Assembly: GCA_965202585.1 (NCBI GenBank)
Contig: OZ241831.1
Span: forward strand, 17,112,001-17,176,000
Source: Thalia democratica
Taxonomy: Eukaryota
DNA length: 64,000 nt
Reading direction: 5' to 3'
The position numbers and the translations under genes were made by a program. The notes beneath the pieces were generated by a model, which was not told where the DNA came from, searched no databases, and was given only the letters and a program-made list of their open reading frames with translations. Below are positions 39,229-54,100 of this stretch, in pieces; positions within the stretch are counted from its first letter, which is position 1, and each line of letters begins with the position of its first letter.

Positions 39229-39741
39229 TTAATTGTTTTGTCAATTGTTACAAATTTAAAAACTTTAATTTTTTTCAAAAATGTATTTGAGGCTTAAAGA
39301 CCAACAAGTCAAAACTTCATATAGTTTATATCACTGAAATGTTTCAAACTATTCGGTATTCAGGCTATAATAGGATGTAGGATTTTTTTTACTAAAAAAA
39401 GTTAAAAGCTTAAAGTGTATTCTGTAAGATAAACTTGAATAAACAAACAAAATACTTTTTTATTCAAATATAAATAGTTTTGTAAAAGATTTTCAATAAA
39501 AAAATATGAAGATAAAATTTCTATGGTCAACTTTCTTGAAGTTTTGAAAAATTTACTAGTAATCTATCTCCTGCTACATTTTTAAATCAACTTACTTTAA
39601 TTATTTAGGTAACATTCTTTAAAAATAATTGATAAAACATTTAGCTTTAAAAAATTATTTGCCTTTTTAGTTGTTCCCTTTCATAAGGAATCAATTGAAC
39701 TATTTAACATTAAGCTGAAGTTTGAACGATATATACAATAT

Positions 39742-40881
39742 CAGGGTTGCCACAGATTAAGCTGAGAAAAGTTTCCTGACTTTTTACTAAAAATTTTTTT
39801 GACTTTTCTAAATCAAATACTTAATTTAAACTTATTTTAAAATACATAATTTAACATGTAAAACTATATAAAGCTTTCAATCTAATTTTAATACAGGTTA
39901 ATACAACAGTTTTTTGCTGAATTCAATCATCAAACTTCCATTACATCATTTGAACCATATGTGTATGATTGATGTATTTGCAATAAACAGCTCTATCAGC
40001 AAAATACTTGTATTATTACCTTATAAACACAACTTGTCTGAAAAAAGACAAATTTTTAGCATTTCCTAACACAAATGTATCTAAATAAACTAAACAACAT
40101 ATAAGAAACTTTTACAATTAAAACCTTAAATTAATAAAGAACTCGATCAAACACTGTTTTTTTTAATTATATGTACTAAAACTTATTTTCTTTGTTTCTT
40201 TATTAGCACTTCAACCTCTTCATCTAATGAAGATAGTTTCTTTCATCTGGTCTGCATCCCGCTTCATTTTATCGGCAGTTAAAACCTTAAGCCTCATTTA
40301 ATTTAAATGGTTCTCATCTGCTGCCCCTACACTTATCGAAGAGAAACTTTTCTCTAAATCTAACCACAACTTGTGAGCTTCATTTCTTTTCTTTTTGCAC
40401 TCATTTATTTTTACCTCAAATTCTGCTGTCTCAATTATTTACTGAAACAAAAAACATTTTGATTCTAAAATTATGCTAGATAAACTTTTGTGTATATATC
40501 AGTTTCACTATGGAAGTGTCCTTGCCTTGCTATAGATCATCAATACTAAAAAGATTACAAAATCTGCTTGTTTAAGTAGAGTAGTTGTTCAATATGATAA
40601 TAGAAAATTTTACAGTTTTATAAAGGAAATTTTATTAATTTATACAAGATGAAGGCATTGAGAATTAATTAACTTTGAAAATTTCTAGGAAAATTTTGCA
40701 ATTTTAGTCTGACTTTAAAGGATTTTGAACTATTTTTTTAATAATTTGAAGGCTTTGGAAAATAAGGAAATTTGTAAATTTAAACTAAAAAAATCTGACT
40801 TTTTTTTTATTTTGTCAAATTTCCTGACTTTTGTCTTTTTTTTAGTTTTTCCTGACTTTTCCTAACCTTATGGCAACCCTG
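39742..40881. mobile_element. CAGGGTTGCC-terminal DNA transposon derivative with 6-bp TSD and a decayed coding remnant
   Basis: TIR cagggttgcca; TSD CAATAT on both sides; subterminal ttcctgac repeats. Minus-strand remnant about 40445-40200 (IIETAEFEVKINECKKKRNEAHKLW...) with a stop and a frameshift. Confidence 0.85.
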
Positions 40882-41107
40882 CAATATATATCTGTCTTCT
40901 TTATCTTGGACGCCAAATCTTTATTTTACGTTATATCTTTTTAATTCTTTGCAATTAGTTTTGATAAGTCGTCTTAGAACGGCCGTTAAGTTGCAAATTA
41001 AATAAACCAATATTGGATCATAATCAACATATAAAGACAAAAAGCCTGTATAAATTGTAAATCTACATCTTATCTTAAACGCCATAACTGTAGTTAAATG
41101 ATTAAAT

Positions 41108-41979
41108 CAGGGTTCGTGCGCGAAATTTTTTTCATTTAGCCTGACTGAGACCAATTTAGCCTGACATTTTTTCAAAGTAAAGAAAATCCCCTTTAGAAGT
41201 CATTTTAGGTATTGGGGGTCTTAATTAGTACTATTGTAGTCTCCGACTTCAACCAGTTTTAACCCGAAAATATTTTGAGCTTTAAACATATGCAAAAAGC
41301 AACTTATAGCTTAGTTACAACTCAATAAAATAAGACTAAATTGTGAAAAAGGTGATTGACCTCCCCCCTATGCCCTTATTATATCAAATTCAGTGATAAG
41401 TTTTAAAATAACTGTTATATCTAATCTAAAACTAAGGTAAAATTTTAATAATAACACTAGTCTAAACACAATTGTTCAATTTAACTAAGCACTATAAAAA
41501 CATTATAACCAGAAGATTTATAACAAAACGATGTGCATTGTCGTGTATTATTCAAATAAGTATTACAATTCAAACAAACAGCTAAGTTGTTGAACTAAAC
41601 TGTAATGTTTAAACTGTATTTTTTTATGAATTTTCATAATAATGACGTATACAATGTACTCAAAACAAAATAACGAAGATTCTTAAAAATTTTTTAGAGA
41701 TTTAACAAAAGGTTTTAAGCATTTATTTTTACAAATACTGACTGATTTTGTCTTAAAAACCTAAATCTTTATTTAGAAATAAATTCACATCTCAATTTGA
41801 TCTTAAAGAGATTTCTCTATTTTTTTTTATCAAAAATTTTGAAGCATTTGAACTGAGAAAAACTGAGACTCTCAAATTTTCAAGTAAAAAACTGATTTAG
41901 CCTGACATCTTTCAACTTTTTTCAAAAAAACTGATTTAGACTGACTTAGCCTGATTTAGCCTGACGCGCACGAACCCTG
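41108..41979. mobile_element. CAGGGTTCGTGCGCG-terminal non-autonomous DNA transposon with 6-bp TSD; contains a right-arm fragment of the TTAA foldback family (about 41180-41375)
   Basis: 15-bp TIR cagggttcgtgcgcg; TSD TTAAAT on both sides; tttagcctgac subterminal repeats. Confidence 0.85.
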
Positions 41980-42764
41980 TTAAATACCATATAAAATGAT
42001 TAAATAATCAATAAAGAATTATATACCATACAAATAAAAGAATTAACTTAGATAAGTAAAGAGCCTCTAAAAACACATGTTTCTGCACTGTTCTTTTGAC
42101 CTTATCAAAAACACCTAAGATACTACAGCATTTTTTGACTATGTTTTTTATATAAATTTTATGAAACTTAGTGTTGTTATTCTAATAACCTTCATGGAAG
42201 CATAGCGATAAGTTTAAACTATTTACATCAAGTACTTAAGTAGAGAGCAGTAAGTAAAAAGCGTATTGATTAAATTTTGTGTAGATACAACAAACTATCA
42301 AATTGATTTATTTGTATCATAAATTTTTTTTATCACAAAAAAAGCATTTAAAATAGCTTAAGCATCTTTTCAAAATCTATCAAAAACATTCTTTTTTACT
42401 TGAGATTAATTTACTACTATAAAGAGATAAAAAACTATGTACTTTCAAAAACATTGAAAAATTCTGAAAAATCTGGAAGAAACTTGAAAAATCTAGAAGA
42501 AATTTGGAAAGCATGTAAAAAATTCGCAAAAATTATTTGGCAACCCTGTATATCTATACTTTTATACATAGTTTGAATTTAGGTTTTAATACAATTAAAT
42601 ATGATTGATTATGTCTAAAAAGTGACAAAATTATAAAAATGATAAAAAACAACTGGTAGTTTAGTAAATTATGTAAGAATTAAGACTAACTTTAAAAAAA
42701 TGTATTTAGTCTATTATTCCCTTATGTTTGGTATTTTTTTAAAGTCTAATCATTAACTATTTAA

Positions 42765-43080
42765 GGGCATAGGGGGTAAATAAACTTTTTCACAATTTAG
42801 TCTTATTATATTTAGTTTTAACTAAGCTACAAGTTGCTTTTTAAAGATTTTTTAAGCTCAAAATAATTTTTGAGATATAGCCAGTCAAAGTCAGAGACTA
42901 CAACAGGTTCTTTATAGGAGGTGCAAACTAAATTGGCAAAAAACTAGAACTCACTGAAAATATATCTCTGCCTACAGTTTTTTGATATAGCTACCTCAAA
43001 CTTTGAGAAAATTTTCCTTGCAGTATTTAGAAAATTATGTGAAAACATAATTTTAAGAATTTAAAAAATAAAAATTTATG
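42765..43080. mobile_element. Left arm of the TTAA foldback family (partial copy)
   Basis: ttaa|gggcatagggggtaaa, then sequence similar to the left arm at 38552-38885; no right arm. Confidence 0.7.
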
Positions 43081-43279
43081 ACAAAAAAACAAAAAAAAAC
43101 TGTTTTTTGATAAAGTTGAAAATTTTCCTAGGTGGGTAATATTGTCCTTGGGAGGCAAATTTTCTATTGCTACTAGTGGGCTTAAAAAAGGGACGGGTTC
43201 TTACTATTTTTAATATATTATTTATTAAATCTTCATAAAAAAATATAGGTTTTATCATACCTATACTAAAAGTATTAAT

Positions 43280-43352
43280 GCTGCATGATGGTGTAAAGGT
43301 CCTAATGAAGGCTCTGAGTTGAGTGTTGCAGGATCAAAACCCAGTGGTTGAC
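43280..43352 (+). repeat. Possible degenerate tRNA-derived SINE head
   Basis: A-box-like tggtgtaaagg and B-box-like ggatcaaaaccc at tRNA-like spacing; no convincing cloverleaf. Confidence 0.3.
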
Positions 43353-44457
43353 ACATACACAAAAGAAGTATTTAATTTGTTATAGCTATAAAAATAGATA
43401 AAAACTAATTTTTAAAACAAATTTTGTGTATCTAGTTGACTCAAAGCTCTTTCTCTTTCCTATCCATTCGCTAAAGTTGTTTGAAAGTGTAACATTTTTC
43501 AAAACAATTGCAAGCTTGGGTGACAATTTACTAAGATGTATACTTATATTCCCAAATAAATTTACCAAATACTATAATTCAGATGTGTATACAAATAATT
43601 TTAAACATTCAAAATTAAAAAGCAGTACAACTATTAATAATTACAGGGAAAACTAGACTAGGCTATAAGTTATTTGAAAAAGCACATCTTTATAAAAAAA
43701 CTAATAATTTAACTGTAAAATCCAAAATTCTAATACTTTTTTGACTTCTAGGTAACATTAGCTTTTATAATTAATTATTTCTAGTCACTTTTTGAGGATT
43801 TTTTTTCTGAGAAATAGTATTGAACGCGCGAGACTTCTTTATAAAAGCAGTATTAATGGCAAGTAAACCTAAAGCTCAGTCTAACTTATAAATTTCAGAG
43901 TCAGCTAAAATTTTAATAGTTTTTTTTTTTTTATACCCTTATCCTTAACCCACCTTACGCAAACACATGTGAAAGTTAACAAAAAAAAAAGTTTTGTTAG
44001 TTGAAATTTAAAATATAAACAAAAAAAGATTTTATTTTTGCTAACTCAGCAAATATGAGTGACTTTCAAGGTCACGACTGAGCTTGAAATTTGATAGTCA
44101 TATTAATAGTGTAATATTAAAGTTCCTCAAATATTTTTAATATGCCAAGTTGCGTAGCATTGCGTTCTTAGTGATCTTTTTTTTGTCTTTAATGTTTGAT
44201 GAATATAAATACAAATTATAGCTAGTTTTTAAAATTTGTTGAATTTTTTTACGTAAAATTTCTTTATTTTTAGTTTTTGATAAAATATAATTTTAATGTT
44301 TTAAGTTGTTGTTTTTTTTTTTTTACTTTCAATTTTGGTCGAATATCTGTAGCATTGCTTATTTGGGTTTTCTACTAAAACCTAACAACTTGTTATTTAT
44401 TATATTTTTTAAAACTATAATTGCTTTAAGTCGTTTCAGTACTTTGTAGTTTAACCC

Positions 44458-44972
44458 GCTTGGTTTGATCTTAAAAGCGGTTTTTTGCGACTATGCCTGC
44501 CTTATGAGTCCTAATAAGGATGAAACCGGTCGTAGGTAATCTCGGTACAGTTGTTGTTGGTACTACCAACTTGGTAGTGTAGTGAAGTTAATTAGTTATT
44601 AATGATGGCGCGAAACATCTCAACTTTGGTGATGACGGCAAAAATAAATACTGTTTAAATCTTATCAAACTAACACAGACTATATTCTCACAAATGCTGA
44701 CAATGTCTAAAACGTTTAGCTGTGAATAACTTAGCTGTGTCAATTTTTTTTACCCACAAACGGTAGCTTTTGTACTATGCACCTAAGCCTGCTTAGTTTG
44801 ATCTCAACAGCGGTTTCTGGCAAAAACTAATTTATCTATGCCTTCCTGATTAGGACGAAACTGGTCGTAGGTTGTCTCGGATGCTTTTTTTGTTGGTCGA
44901 TGCTTGAACTTTATTATATGTTGTTGATGGCGCGAAACATCTCAACTTTGTTGATGTCTGAAAAAAATACTG
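44458..44972 (+). repeat. Two diverged tandem units (about 330-bp period), each carrying a degenerate type I hammerhead ribozyme
   Basis: Shared blocks at 44458-44652 and 44791-44972. Hammerhead motifs: gcctgc-CTTATGA-gtcct-aata-aggat-GAAAC-cg-GTC-gtaggt (44495-44537) and gccttc-CTGATTA-ggac-GAAAC-tg-GTC-gtaggt (44840-44872). Confidence 0.7.
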
Positions 44973-46515
44973 GTCAAAACTATTAGATAAGGTACTTTTA
45001 TGAGTGTATAATATTATAACAAAACGTACATTTTCTACAAGTTTCTTTTGATTCGTAAAGTAATTTTTGCGTTTGTGTAAGTTTTTCAAACTTTTTGGTT
45101 AAATTTTTGGTTAAATAGTATTCAATACAAAATTAACATTAAGTGACTTAATTAAGTCAAACTTTGTTAAGTTGTAGCAAATATTATATTATAAATTAAT
45201 TTAAAACAGTGAGCTTAACATTTTTGGCCTTTTAAAGATAAACTTACAATTTGTATCACGACATTTTATAACTAACTTTTGAGTTTTTAAACAGTAGACT
45301 GTTTATCAGAACAGAGTAACTGGATTCCAGAAATAAAGAATTTAGAATAATAAACAAAGTCTGTTTCAATTTAAAATGTAATACTGAGTGTATGAGTGAC
45401 AACTGTGCTGTAAAAGTTTCTATACTACATAGTTCCTAAAACACATCATTATTACTTGCAGTTGACTATTTTATTTTACTTGAAAAGGTCGCAATTTTTT
45501 CACCAAATCCTGGTTGTAAAATAAATATTTAATCTGCACATATTTATCTAAAACACATCGATAAAAACATTTAAATAGAAATAACTACTTTTCATAATTT
45601 TAAATTCACTGTTGTGTTTCATAAATGGTCAGATAAGTTTTTTTTTCATTAAATATTATTTAACAGGAGACAGTTTTAAACTAGTTTAAATAAATACAAT
45701 CTATTTTTATAAAAAGTTTGACAACATAAACTGTAACTAAAACGTTAAGATATAAGTGTGCGAAAAACTTTTGTAATAATGGTACTTGTACCATATATTC
45801 ACTCTTGCACAATTAACAACTGAATTTCCGTGCATTTATGGCGTGCTATCTTACTAATATGATAACTGTTTTGTGACTATTTTTAAGAAGAAGCTGTACA
45901 GAAATTAGTTTTGGTGATACATTTTTTTTGCTAATGCAAAAATGTTTTCCTAGTTTAATTAGAAACATAAATATTTTGTTTCTTATTGTATTTAAAATTG
46001 AAAACAATTTATATCCAAGCTTAGCTTCAGTCTAAAACTTTAAGAATATTTCTAAAAGTTTATAGAAAAATACTTAATTTAACAAAACAGCTACATAACT
46101 TTTTTTGATTTTCACAAGCTAGAACTATTTCCATATTAATGCCTAGAAATCATATATTTCTTATCAAGAACTTTTGGGAAAAATCCTTTCTTCTTACTTT
46201 TTAATTAATTTTAATCACGATTACCAGTTTTCCCAGTCTTTACTAAATTATAAAACTAAGATACCACTTCTTAAATTTAAAAAATTGTTCTAACAATTCA
46301 TGATTTATAAGCGCATATAAGGACAAAAAGAAGCTTTTTAAACATACTTAAGGCGGAATTTATAAATATTTCACTCCTACATTATTGTCCCTACTTCGAT
46401 TTTCAAAGTTAGTTCTTTCTTCTTAAACTTTTATTTCTAGGCTAGTAATTCTTGTATACAAGGTCATAACGGCTCAAATAAGTGGTAATACACTTCTATT
46501 ATAAATAATAACAAC

Positions 46516-46819
46516 CAGGTTGGCCACTGGTTTTTGGCAAATATTCTTGCAGATTTTCCAAATTACATGTTTTTTGGTGTATTTTTAAATTAAGGTAAAA
46601 AAATAACTGTGTTTAACAGTATAACAAAATTGAACAAATTCTGTTAAGCTACTTTAAATGTGTTTTCTAATTAAAAAAATCATGATAAATTTTCCGTGTC
46701 ATATCAAAATTTCACTATTTACATGTAAAAGTTGTTTAAAATTGTACGTTTTTCAGTGATTTATGTTCAAAGTTCCAGGTTTTTTAGCCTAAATTTTTCC
46801 AGGCCAAGTGGCCACTCTG
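46516..46819. mobile_element. CAG-terminal MITE related to the CAGGG group, apparent 7-bp TSD
   Basis: TIRs caggttggccact / agtggccactctg; TAACAAC on both flanks (46509-46515, 46820-46826); ttttccagg-type subterminal repeats. Confidence 0.7.
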
Positions 46820-48123
46820 TAACAACGCTAAAAGTGAAAGCACGTAATCAGACTAAGTTCAATAAAAATGAGACAAATTCAAATCAGTCTTTTGAGAATG
46901 ACTAGAAAAACAATAATTCTCCTTAAATGTTTTTAAGCGAAAGTAAAACTTTTTATATATTAAAACTTATAGTTATTTTTACAAAAATACTACCCAATAC
47001 ACTAAGTTTAAAGAAACTTTAAGCAGAGACTGTGCTTATTTAATACTTAAATAACTATTTAAGATTACTTAGATCTTAAAAAACTATGGAGGCAGTTCAG
47101 ACAAATTTAGAATACCTAAAATAAGTTGGAAAGCAATATTGATGGCGGTTAAATGCATATTCGTAGAAAATGACTAAATACTACTTGAAATATTACTAGG
47201 GAGATAATGGTTTGTCAGCCACTAATTAGCAGAATGTAAACCTACCTAATTTCAGTGTTTGAATGGAAATTTTAAAGTGCCGCGGTCGCAGAAATATCCT
47301 CAAGCTTGTTTAATAGTAAGCCTAAATAAGGAAGTTATTAAGAATAATAAAATATTATATTCTTTCTTAATTTCTATCTTCTGTCACACACATGCTAGGA
47401 TTTTAACTATTCTAAGGTAAAAAAGCCATCTTCAGTGACCTTAAACTAACCTGTGTTAGTAGGAGTTTGTAAATTAAATATCAAATAAAAAGTGTAATTT
47501 GAGCAACAAAAAAAAAATATTGTTAATCAACCTTAATATAATAACAATAACAAACGGACTTAATAGATATGCAATAAAGCTAGGTTTGAAGTTATAAAAA
47601 CTAGCTTGAGATTTAGGAAAAAAATCTAAACTAGCCGGAGCATAGACGGAGTCACCATGAGTGTATCGAAAGTCGGTAGATACAAAATACGCAAGCGGAT
47701 CTGAGTTAACTAAAAGAGTGTTTTCTATTGATACAAAAATTAGTGTAAAAAAGTCTAATACTGTAAACATGTACAAGTTAACTTGTAAGAAATAGTATTA
47801 CCATAAGTATAAAAATGAAGTATTGGTGAATTCCATAACCTAAGAAAAGGACTCTTTAGTCATGTTAACCTGGATCATTGAATAAAATTATCAAAACTTT
47901 TAAACATAACAGTAAACCAATACAAAACATAATAGTTAAAAACAGAACTTTACAAAAAACATAACAAAAACAGAAAATTTAAAACAAATTTGACTATAAG
48001 TTTATTTACCTAAAATATATCATTAGGACTAAAAGTGTTATTGTTCTAAATTTACGTAAAAAATATAAATGCACAAAACAAAACTATAACTTATATCATG
48101 ATAGATAAATTAAATTATATTGT

Positions 48124-51100
48124 TTATTCGGCAAATTTCTTTTTGTAGATAGGAGCCAATTCTTTTTCAATATCGTTCAAGGGTTTTTCTATTGCAAGCA
48201 TTTCATCTCCATTAACATTGACATGCAACAAAGGCTGTAAAAGTATAAATTTTTGTGTTGAAATTTATGTTAGTAGTTTAACATTTAAACAAGCAGTTAA
48301 CTTAAAAACGTTGTTAATACGTTATTATAAAATGTTGGCTGCTACTATAAACAATAAATTAAAATATTTTATTATATAAAAATACTTAAGTAATTGTTCT
48401 AAAAATTTTGTTCTATACTAAACTAATGTTTCTAAAATTTCACAAACGCAAAAAAAAAATATTATTTAATAAAATTTAAGGAGTTTTTTGAATATCAAAA
48501 TGTTTTTATTTTCTTACTTTATTTAGACGCTCTTAATTGTTATCCTATATAAATCCTAAAAATAATAACATATCGAAAAGTATAGCCTTTAAAATATCAG
48601 TCAATAGTCATGTTATTTAATAAAAGATCAATTCAAAATAAAGTTGTTATATTATATTAACAACTATTTCAAGCATTTAATTTATAAAAGCTCTTGGTAT
48701 TTTTCTACGCTAATATAATCGAACATATCTATGAAGCTTTAATATGTAAACTCAATTTATTATGTATTACATATGGAATTGATTACAGAAACGTCAAATT
48801 TCAAAATACATACTAACTACTTATAATTAGTGCTTAGTTTTTGAATAAGAATTATTTTAACAACTGATGACCTCTTATACTTTTCAATAAGAGTGAAACA
48901 TTGTATTGTTTATTATAGTCTGTAGAAGTAAACGTAATTCGTCTCTTTATAGCTACATAAGTTGAGAATTTTCTATTGTTTAAATAAAAGCAAACTTCAA
49001 TATAGTATTCTGTATTTAAAGTATTAATAACTAAAAAAACATAAGAACTACTGAGATAGATTATGATTATCATGGATTTATGATATTAAATAATATTAAA
49101 GATATAAATAATGTAATATAAAATAAAGTTTTTTTCAATTTTAAAAATTTTCAATTAATCATGGTTTTAACAACTTATAATTTTTAAAGGTAAAATAGAA
49201 GTATAACTATTGAAAATATAAATTTAAGTGTTTGTTAACAAAAGTGTTTGTTAATCCGTTAATACAGAAACATATGTTGGTACAATAAAGGAAGATTACT
49301 GTACAATTTGTTTTTAAAATAGAAATATTGATCTATTAAAATCCTTATTTTACTTGAAGTATACAAGTTTTACTAATTTAATAAAAAAAGAAAATGAAAT
49401 TAATAATGAAAGCATTTCTAACACTTTTATAATCTTATTGTAAAATATTTTTAGTAAGTCTATTGGAAAAATAAGATTGTAAATACTTTAGGCCTACATG
49501 AAAATCAAACTGATATGTCTAATGTTAAATGTTTTATTTAAGAAATATAAAATTTTGTTAGTATTAATTTTTTGTTTGTTTTTACAAAAAGTCTACAACA
49601 ACTAGTTCAATACATTTACTACTTTATACAATTAAGTACAAAAACACAAAATTACTTGAAAGCCTTTCCAGAATCTGTCAGGGGCAGTCTGTTTTGAATT
49701 TTTCTTTTCATTTCGACCCTGAAAATAATCGTCATTTTTGTTGATGTTAAAACTGAACATAATAATTTTTTAAACAAAACAAATAAAGCGGCTTGAAAAT
49801 GTTTAATTTTTATGTTTATCACTGATAATGGTATGTATATCCTAGATATTTATTATAAGGAATGAAAACAACTAAGATCTTTTGGACTAAATTTTTTTGT
49901 AAAAATTTAATAGGAAAATTAAACATATTGTTAAAAGTTTAAAGCAATCAAACAGCTTAAATCTTAATACTGATACTACTAAAGGAACGGATTTTACATT
50001 CATGGTTTAAGTTAACAAATAAATAAAATATTTTTTTAAATAAAATATTCATCCAGGGTAAGTAATACTGTACTAAGTTTAATGCAATGTGTTGCAGATA
50101 AATACATAAAAATTACAATGTTTTACTATTCCATTAAATTTAGAGTACAAAGATTATTACATGTTTACAAATGTTATTAGTTCATCACAACTTAATATGC
50201 GAAGCTTTTTTGACATATTTACATATTTCTTTGTTGAAAATAATTTTCTCTTAATTTATTTCTATGCCCATTAAGACAAATAACACACAATAATAGTACA
50301 ACTTTTTAGACTAAAAAATATTTTACTTGGATAAATAAACTAGAACATTTTTTTATAAAATACAAAAAGCAGCATTCAAAAAAATAAATTGCATAGAATA
50401 AAAATAAAACTCACTTTTTCTACAATGTACAAGCCGTTGTGAGAGGTGAAGATAAAAGTGAATCGGTCCTTTCCGACTTTTTTCACGTGAATAGACGATA
50501 CGACACCGGCCATGGCGGGGTACTTGCTCTTCTGTTTCTTCTTCTTCTTCAAAGGCGCCAACGATCCCGCATCGGATTTCTGGTTGGTCGTGTTGAAGTC
50601 ACGTGACCATTGCGTGAAAGATTGTGTGTTGATGCAAAATTCTCGAACCTGACAGTTATTACGATTAAATTTCAACTATGAACAGTAAATTACAGGCTTG
50701 CCACTTGTTTTTCCAAATTTTTTACAGGTTTTCCAAATTTCTTCCAGGTTTTAAAAAGTACACATTTTTGGGTCTATTTATAGTTTAGAGTTAAGTTAAA
50801 GGTAAGAAACTGTGTTAAATAGTAAATAAACACTGAAAAGATACTTTAAATATGTTTCCTAATACAAAAATTTTTAATGATGACAGAATTTTTATGACTA
50901 TTTTTATTTTGAGTCAAATCGAAATTTTACTACTAAACATGTGAAAGTTGTTAAATTTCCAGGTTTTTAAGTGATTTTTGTTCGAAATACCATGTTTTTC
51001 CAGGTTATTTTTGTCTGAATTGTCAAATTTCAGGTTTCCAGGTAAAGTGGCAACCCTGAAATTACCAATACAAGCTGGTTTCAAATGAAAAAGTAATAAA

Positions 51101-54100
51101 AACTTACTCGTTGTGTCCATAATTCATTTAATACATTTAAGATTTTACCAACCTGAAAATCGCTGTATGCCACGACCAGCATCGTGTTTTTCTGTGAATC
51201 TTGATAAAAGCGTAGTGCAGTTACAACATTGTCTTTGTAGGCAGGAAGTGAAAAGTCAAACTGTTTACGAAATATTATTTTAAAACGAAAAATATAAGTT
51301 TTGTAAAGTTTATAAAGCTTCAGTAAAAATATACTAATTCGTATTTTATGCTTAAAATTATATAAAACTTGAGACTTTAACTTTTTAGTTGCTATTTAAG
51401 AAGTTGTAAAATATGTACTAAGCCATTAGTATGTCACAATCTTCGATAGGTAAAGTTTTATAAGTTTTTAACAGTTTAAGATACTTTTTTATAAACATTT
51501 ATAAAATACTAACTGAGGATCTCATCATTACTATACATTAGTTGAGTAAAAATATGTCTTTTAAATAATTTGTGGGTCAATAAAATTCAAAAAACTAAAT
51601 TAAGTTTGCATCTAAAGTTAAAAAAAAAATTTAACTTATAATTTTATTTATAGCACGGCAGCTGTTTAAATTATACAGCATGACAACTTTAACAAATCAT
51701 TTAAACATTCATAATACATAATCATATAATATAATCAAAATAATCATATAAACATTTGTCAAATGTTTATAATATTAACTTAATTTTGACACCATTAAAA
51801 AATTAGCAAATAATGTTTGAAACACTCAGCAAAACAAAATTACCACTAACATCAAGTATCCACTGATCATTTTCGTTTTGTTGCATTTTATAGATGAAAA
51901 TATCTCCTGATAAATCAGCAACTGCCACGTACTTGCTATCGAGTGACACTTGCATCACGTTCACACAAGTCTTTAAATCTGTTTTAATTCTGCGTTGAAA
52001 AACAAAAGAAAAAGAACATTTAGCTTAAATTCTTACTAAAAATAATTACAATAAAACGACATTGTTAACTCATGGAGCTGTTTCAGTAATTAAGATGTGT
52101 AGTTAAATTAAGATAAAAAATAACTAATTAATACAACGAACCAATTTTTTCTAGGTGACATATGAGCGTTGCGTAGTTGATTTCAGGGTCGATGGAAAAC
52201 ACATTGAAGCTGCGATCGTAAGTGACTTGCCAAAACAGCTTGCCGTCATCTGAAAAGTTCATGTGGTTGCAACCCTGCAATTCATCACCGTGGATCTGTT
52301 CCAATTAATAAAAAATCGAGTTATAAACAGCGAAACAATAAAGACAGGTTTTCATTATGAGGGCAATATTGATCATTGGTAGAAAAAATAATTTTTAATT
52401 TGAAATGAATGTTTTCCCAACAGGAGGAAAACATAACTAGAGTTCAAACTTTAATAAATACAATAAAATGAAACATATAATTTGTTTTAATCATATTCCA
52501 TAAAATTAAAGTTTATGTAACTAATGAGCCCTTTGGATAAAATCTGGCGTCTTAATAAATTATAAAAGTATACTTTGTATTTAATTTTATTGATTAAAAT
52601 TAGTGTTTGGAATTGTTTAGGTTAAAAATTAAAAAATACATTTCGAACAGGTAAAATAATTAAAAGCAGCGTTTTTCTAATTGTGAATAGTAAATTGTTA
52701 ATAAAATGTTTCTATCCTACTTTTTTACAACTATTTAAGTCTGTTTGTATACTTTTATTAAACTTTTGTTTTAATTACTTATTACAAAAAGTTAGTTTAA
52801 CTAACTTTTATTTCTTTTGTACAATACTACATTAACTGTTTTAGAGAAATAATTTTCAAAAACTGAACAATTTATTGTTCAGCGTTGTCAACTTTCAAAT
52901 AGAAAACGGTAAACAGTGATATATAAGTTATATAAACATATGTTGGAAAATTTTAATTATAATTGTAAAACCAAGTTATGAAAAAAATTCAGCTATACAC
53001 ATTTTCAACAAAAAAAAACCACAAACACAAAATTAATAAAGTGTTAGACATGTTTAAAATTTAAAAAAAAGTAATTTTGTTAAGAAATAAACAAACATAG
53101 TTAGCCTTTTTTCGTATAAACTAAATGAATTATTTAAAGTAGTTTTAAATTTTTTAACAGTACATTGTAGCGTTGTTTTTACAACTTTTTTAATAACATA
53201 AATGACAACTAGACAAACATAAAAATTTAATTACTGTAAACCCATATCTAAACTTTAAGTAAAAAGAAAAAGCGTTGAAAAAAAACTACTCTATTCGATA
53301 AAACCAAGTAAACATTAAACAACAAAAACCTGTTTTTTTGTAAAACTAATTGGCGTATGTTCATAGTCGATACTAAATATTCTACACTTTTCAGTGGTTG
53401 AGTATGCTATGAGGTTACCACACTCTGATATTTGACTGCATGTAATTTGTTCTTCTTCCTAATTAAATCATTATTTTTTAATATATAGGATATTTTTACA
53501 TAATACAAAAAATGTACAAGTTTGTTAGGTTCTTAATAAAAAACATACTAACATCTTCTGGTACTTTTGTTTTATTGATAAGCCTTTCTTCTTCTTGAAT
53601 AAAGACTTTTCTGACCTCTTCTGTTTAATTGATTTTAAATTATTTAAAAAACAAAGAAATTTTAGAATTATCTTTTTTGGCAAAAAAAAAAAACTTCATG
53701 TTATATTACTTGAAATGTGTTAAAAAATTAAACATTATAAAGTTTAAGAGTAACTATTTAAAAATGTACTAGTACAAAAAAAAATCGAAATTATAAACCT
53801 GAACTGAGTTTTTTAATCGGTTCGTTTATAGCCATGCTCCACAATTCCAAATGATAATCATACTGCATCAACATCAATCCTTTGCTAATTGAAGATGACG
53901 CCATTTGTTTCTACATAATTCAAGTTTTTTTATAAGTTTGTAAGTAAATAAAATGAATTTTCTAAATAAAATTAGTATAAAGTTTAAGAAAAATAAATGA
54001 ACTTACAGAACTGAAAGGAAGCATTCTCTGCTTGAAATTTGATTTTGTGTCGCTGATAATTAAGTTGGAGTCTACACCTAAGAAGTAGTTAAACACTTTA

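Noticed and set aside
47474-47776. 100-aa minus-strand ORF downstream of UTP4
   Set aside because: AT-rich, low-complexity composition with no domain or supporting splice partners; treated as chance.
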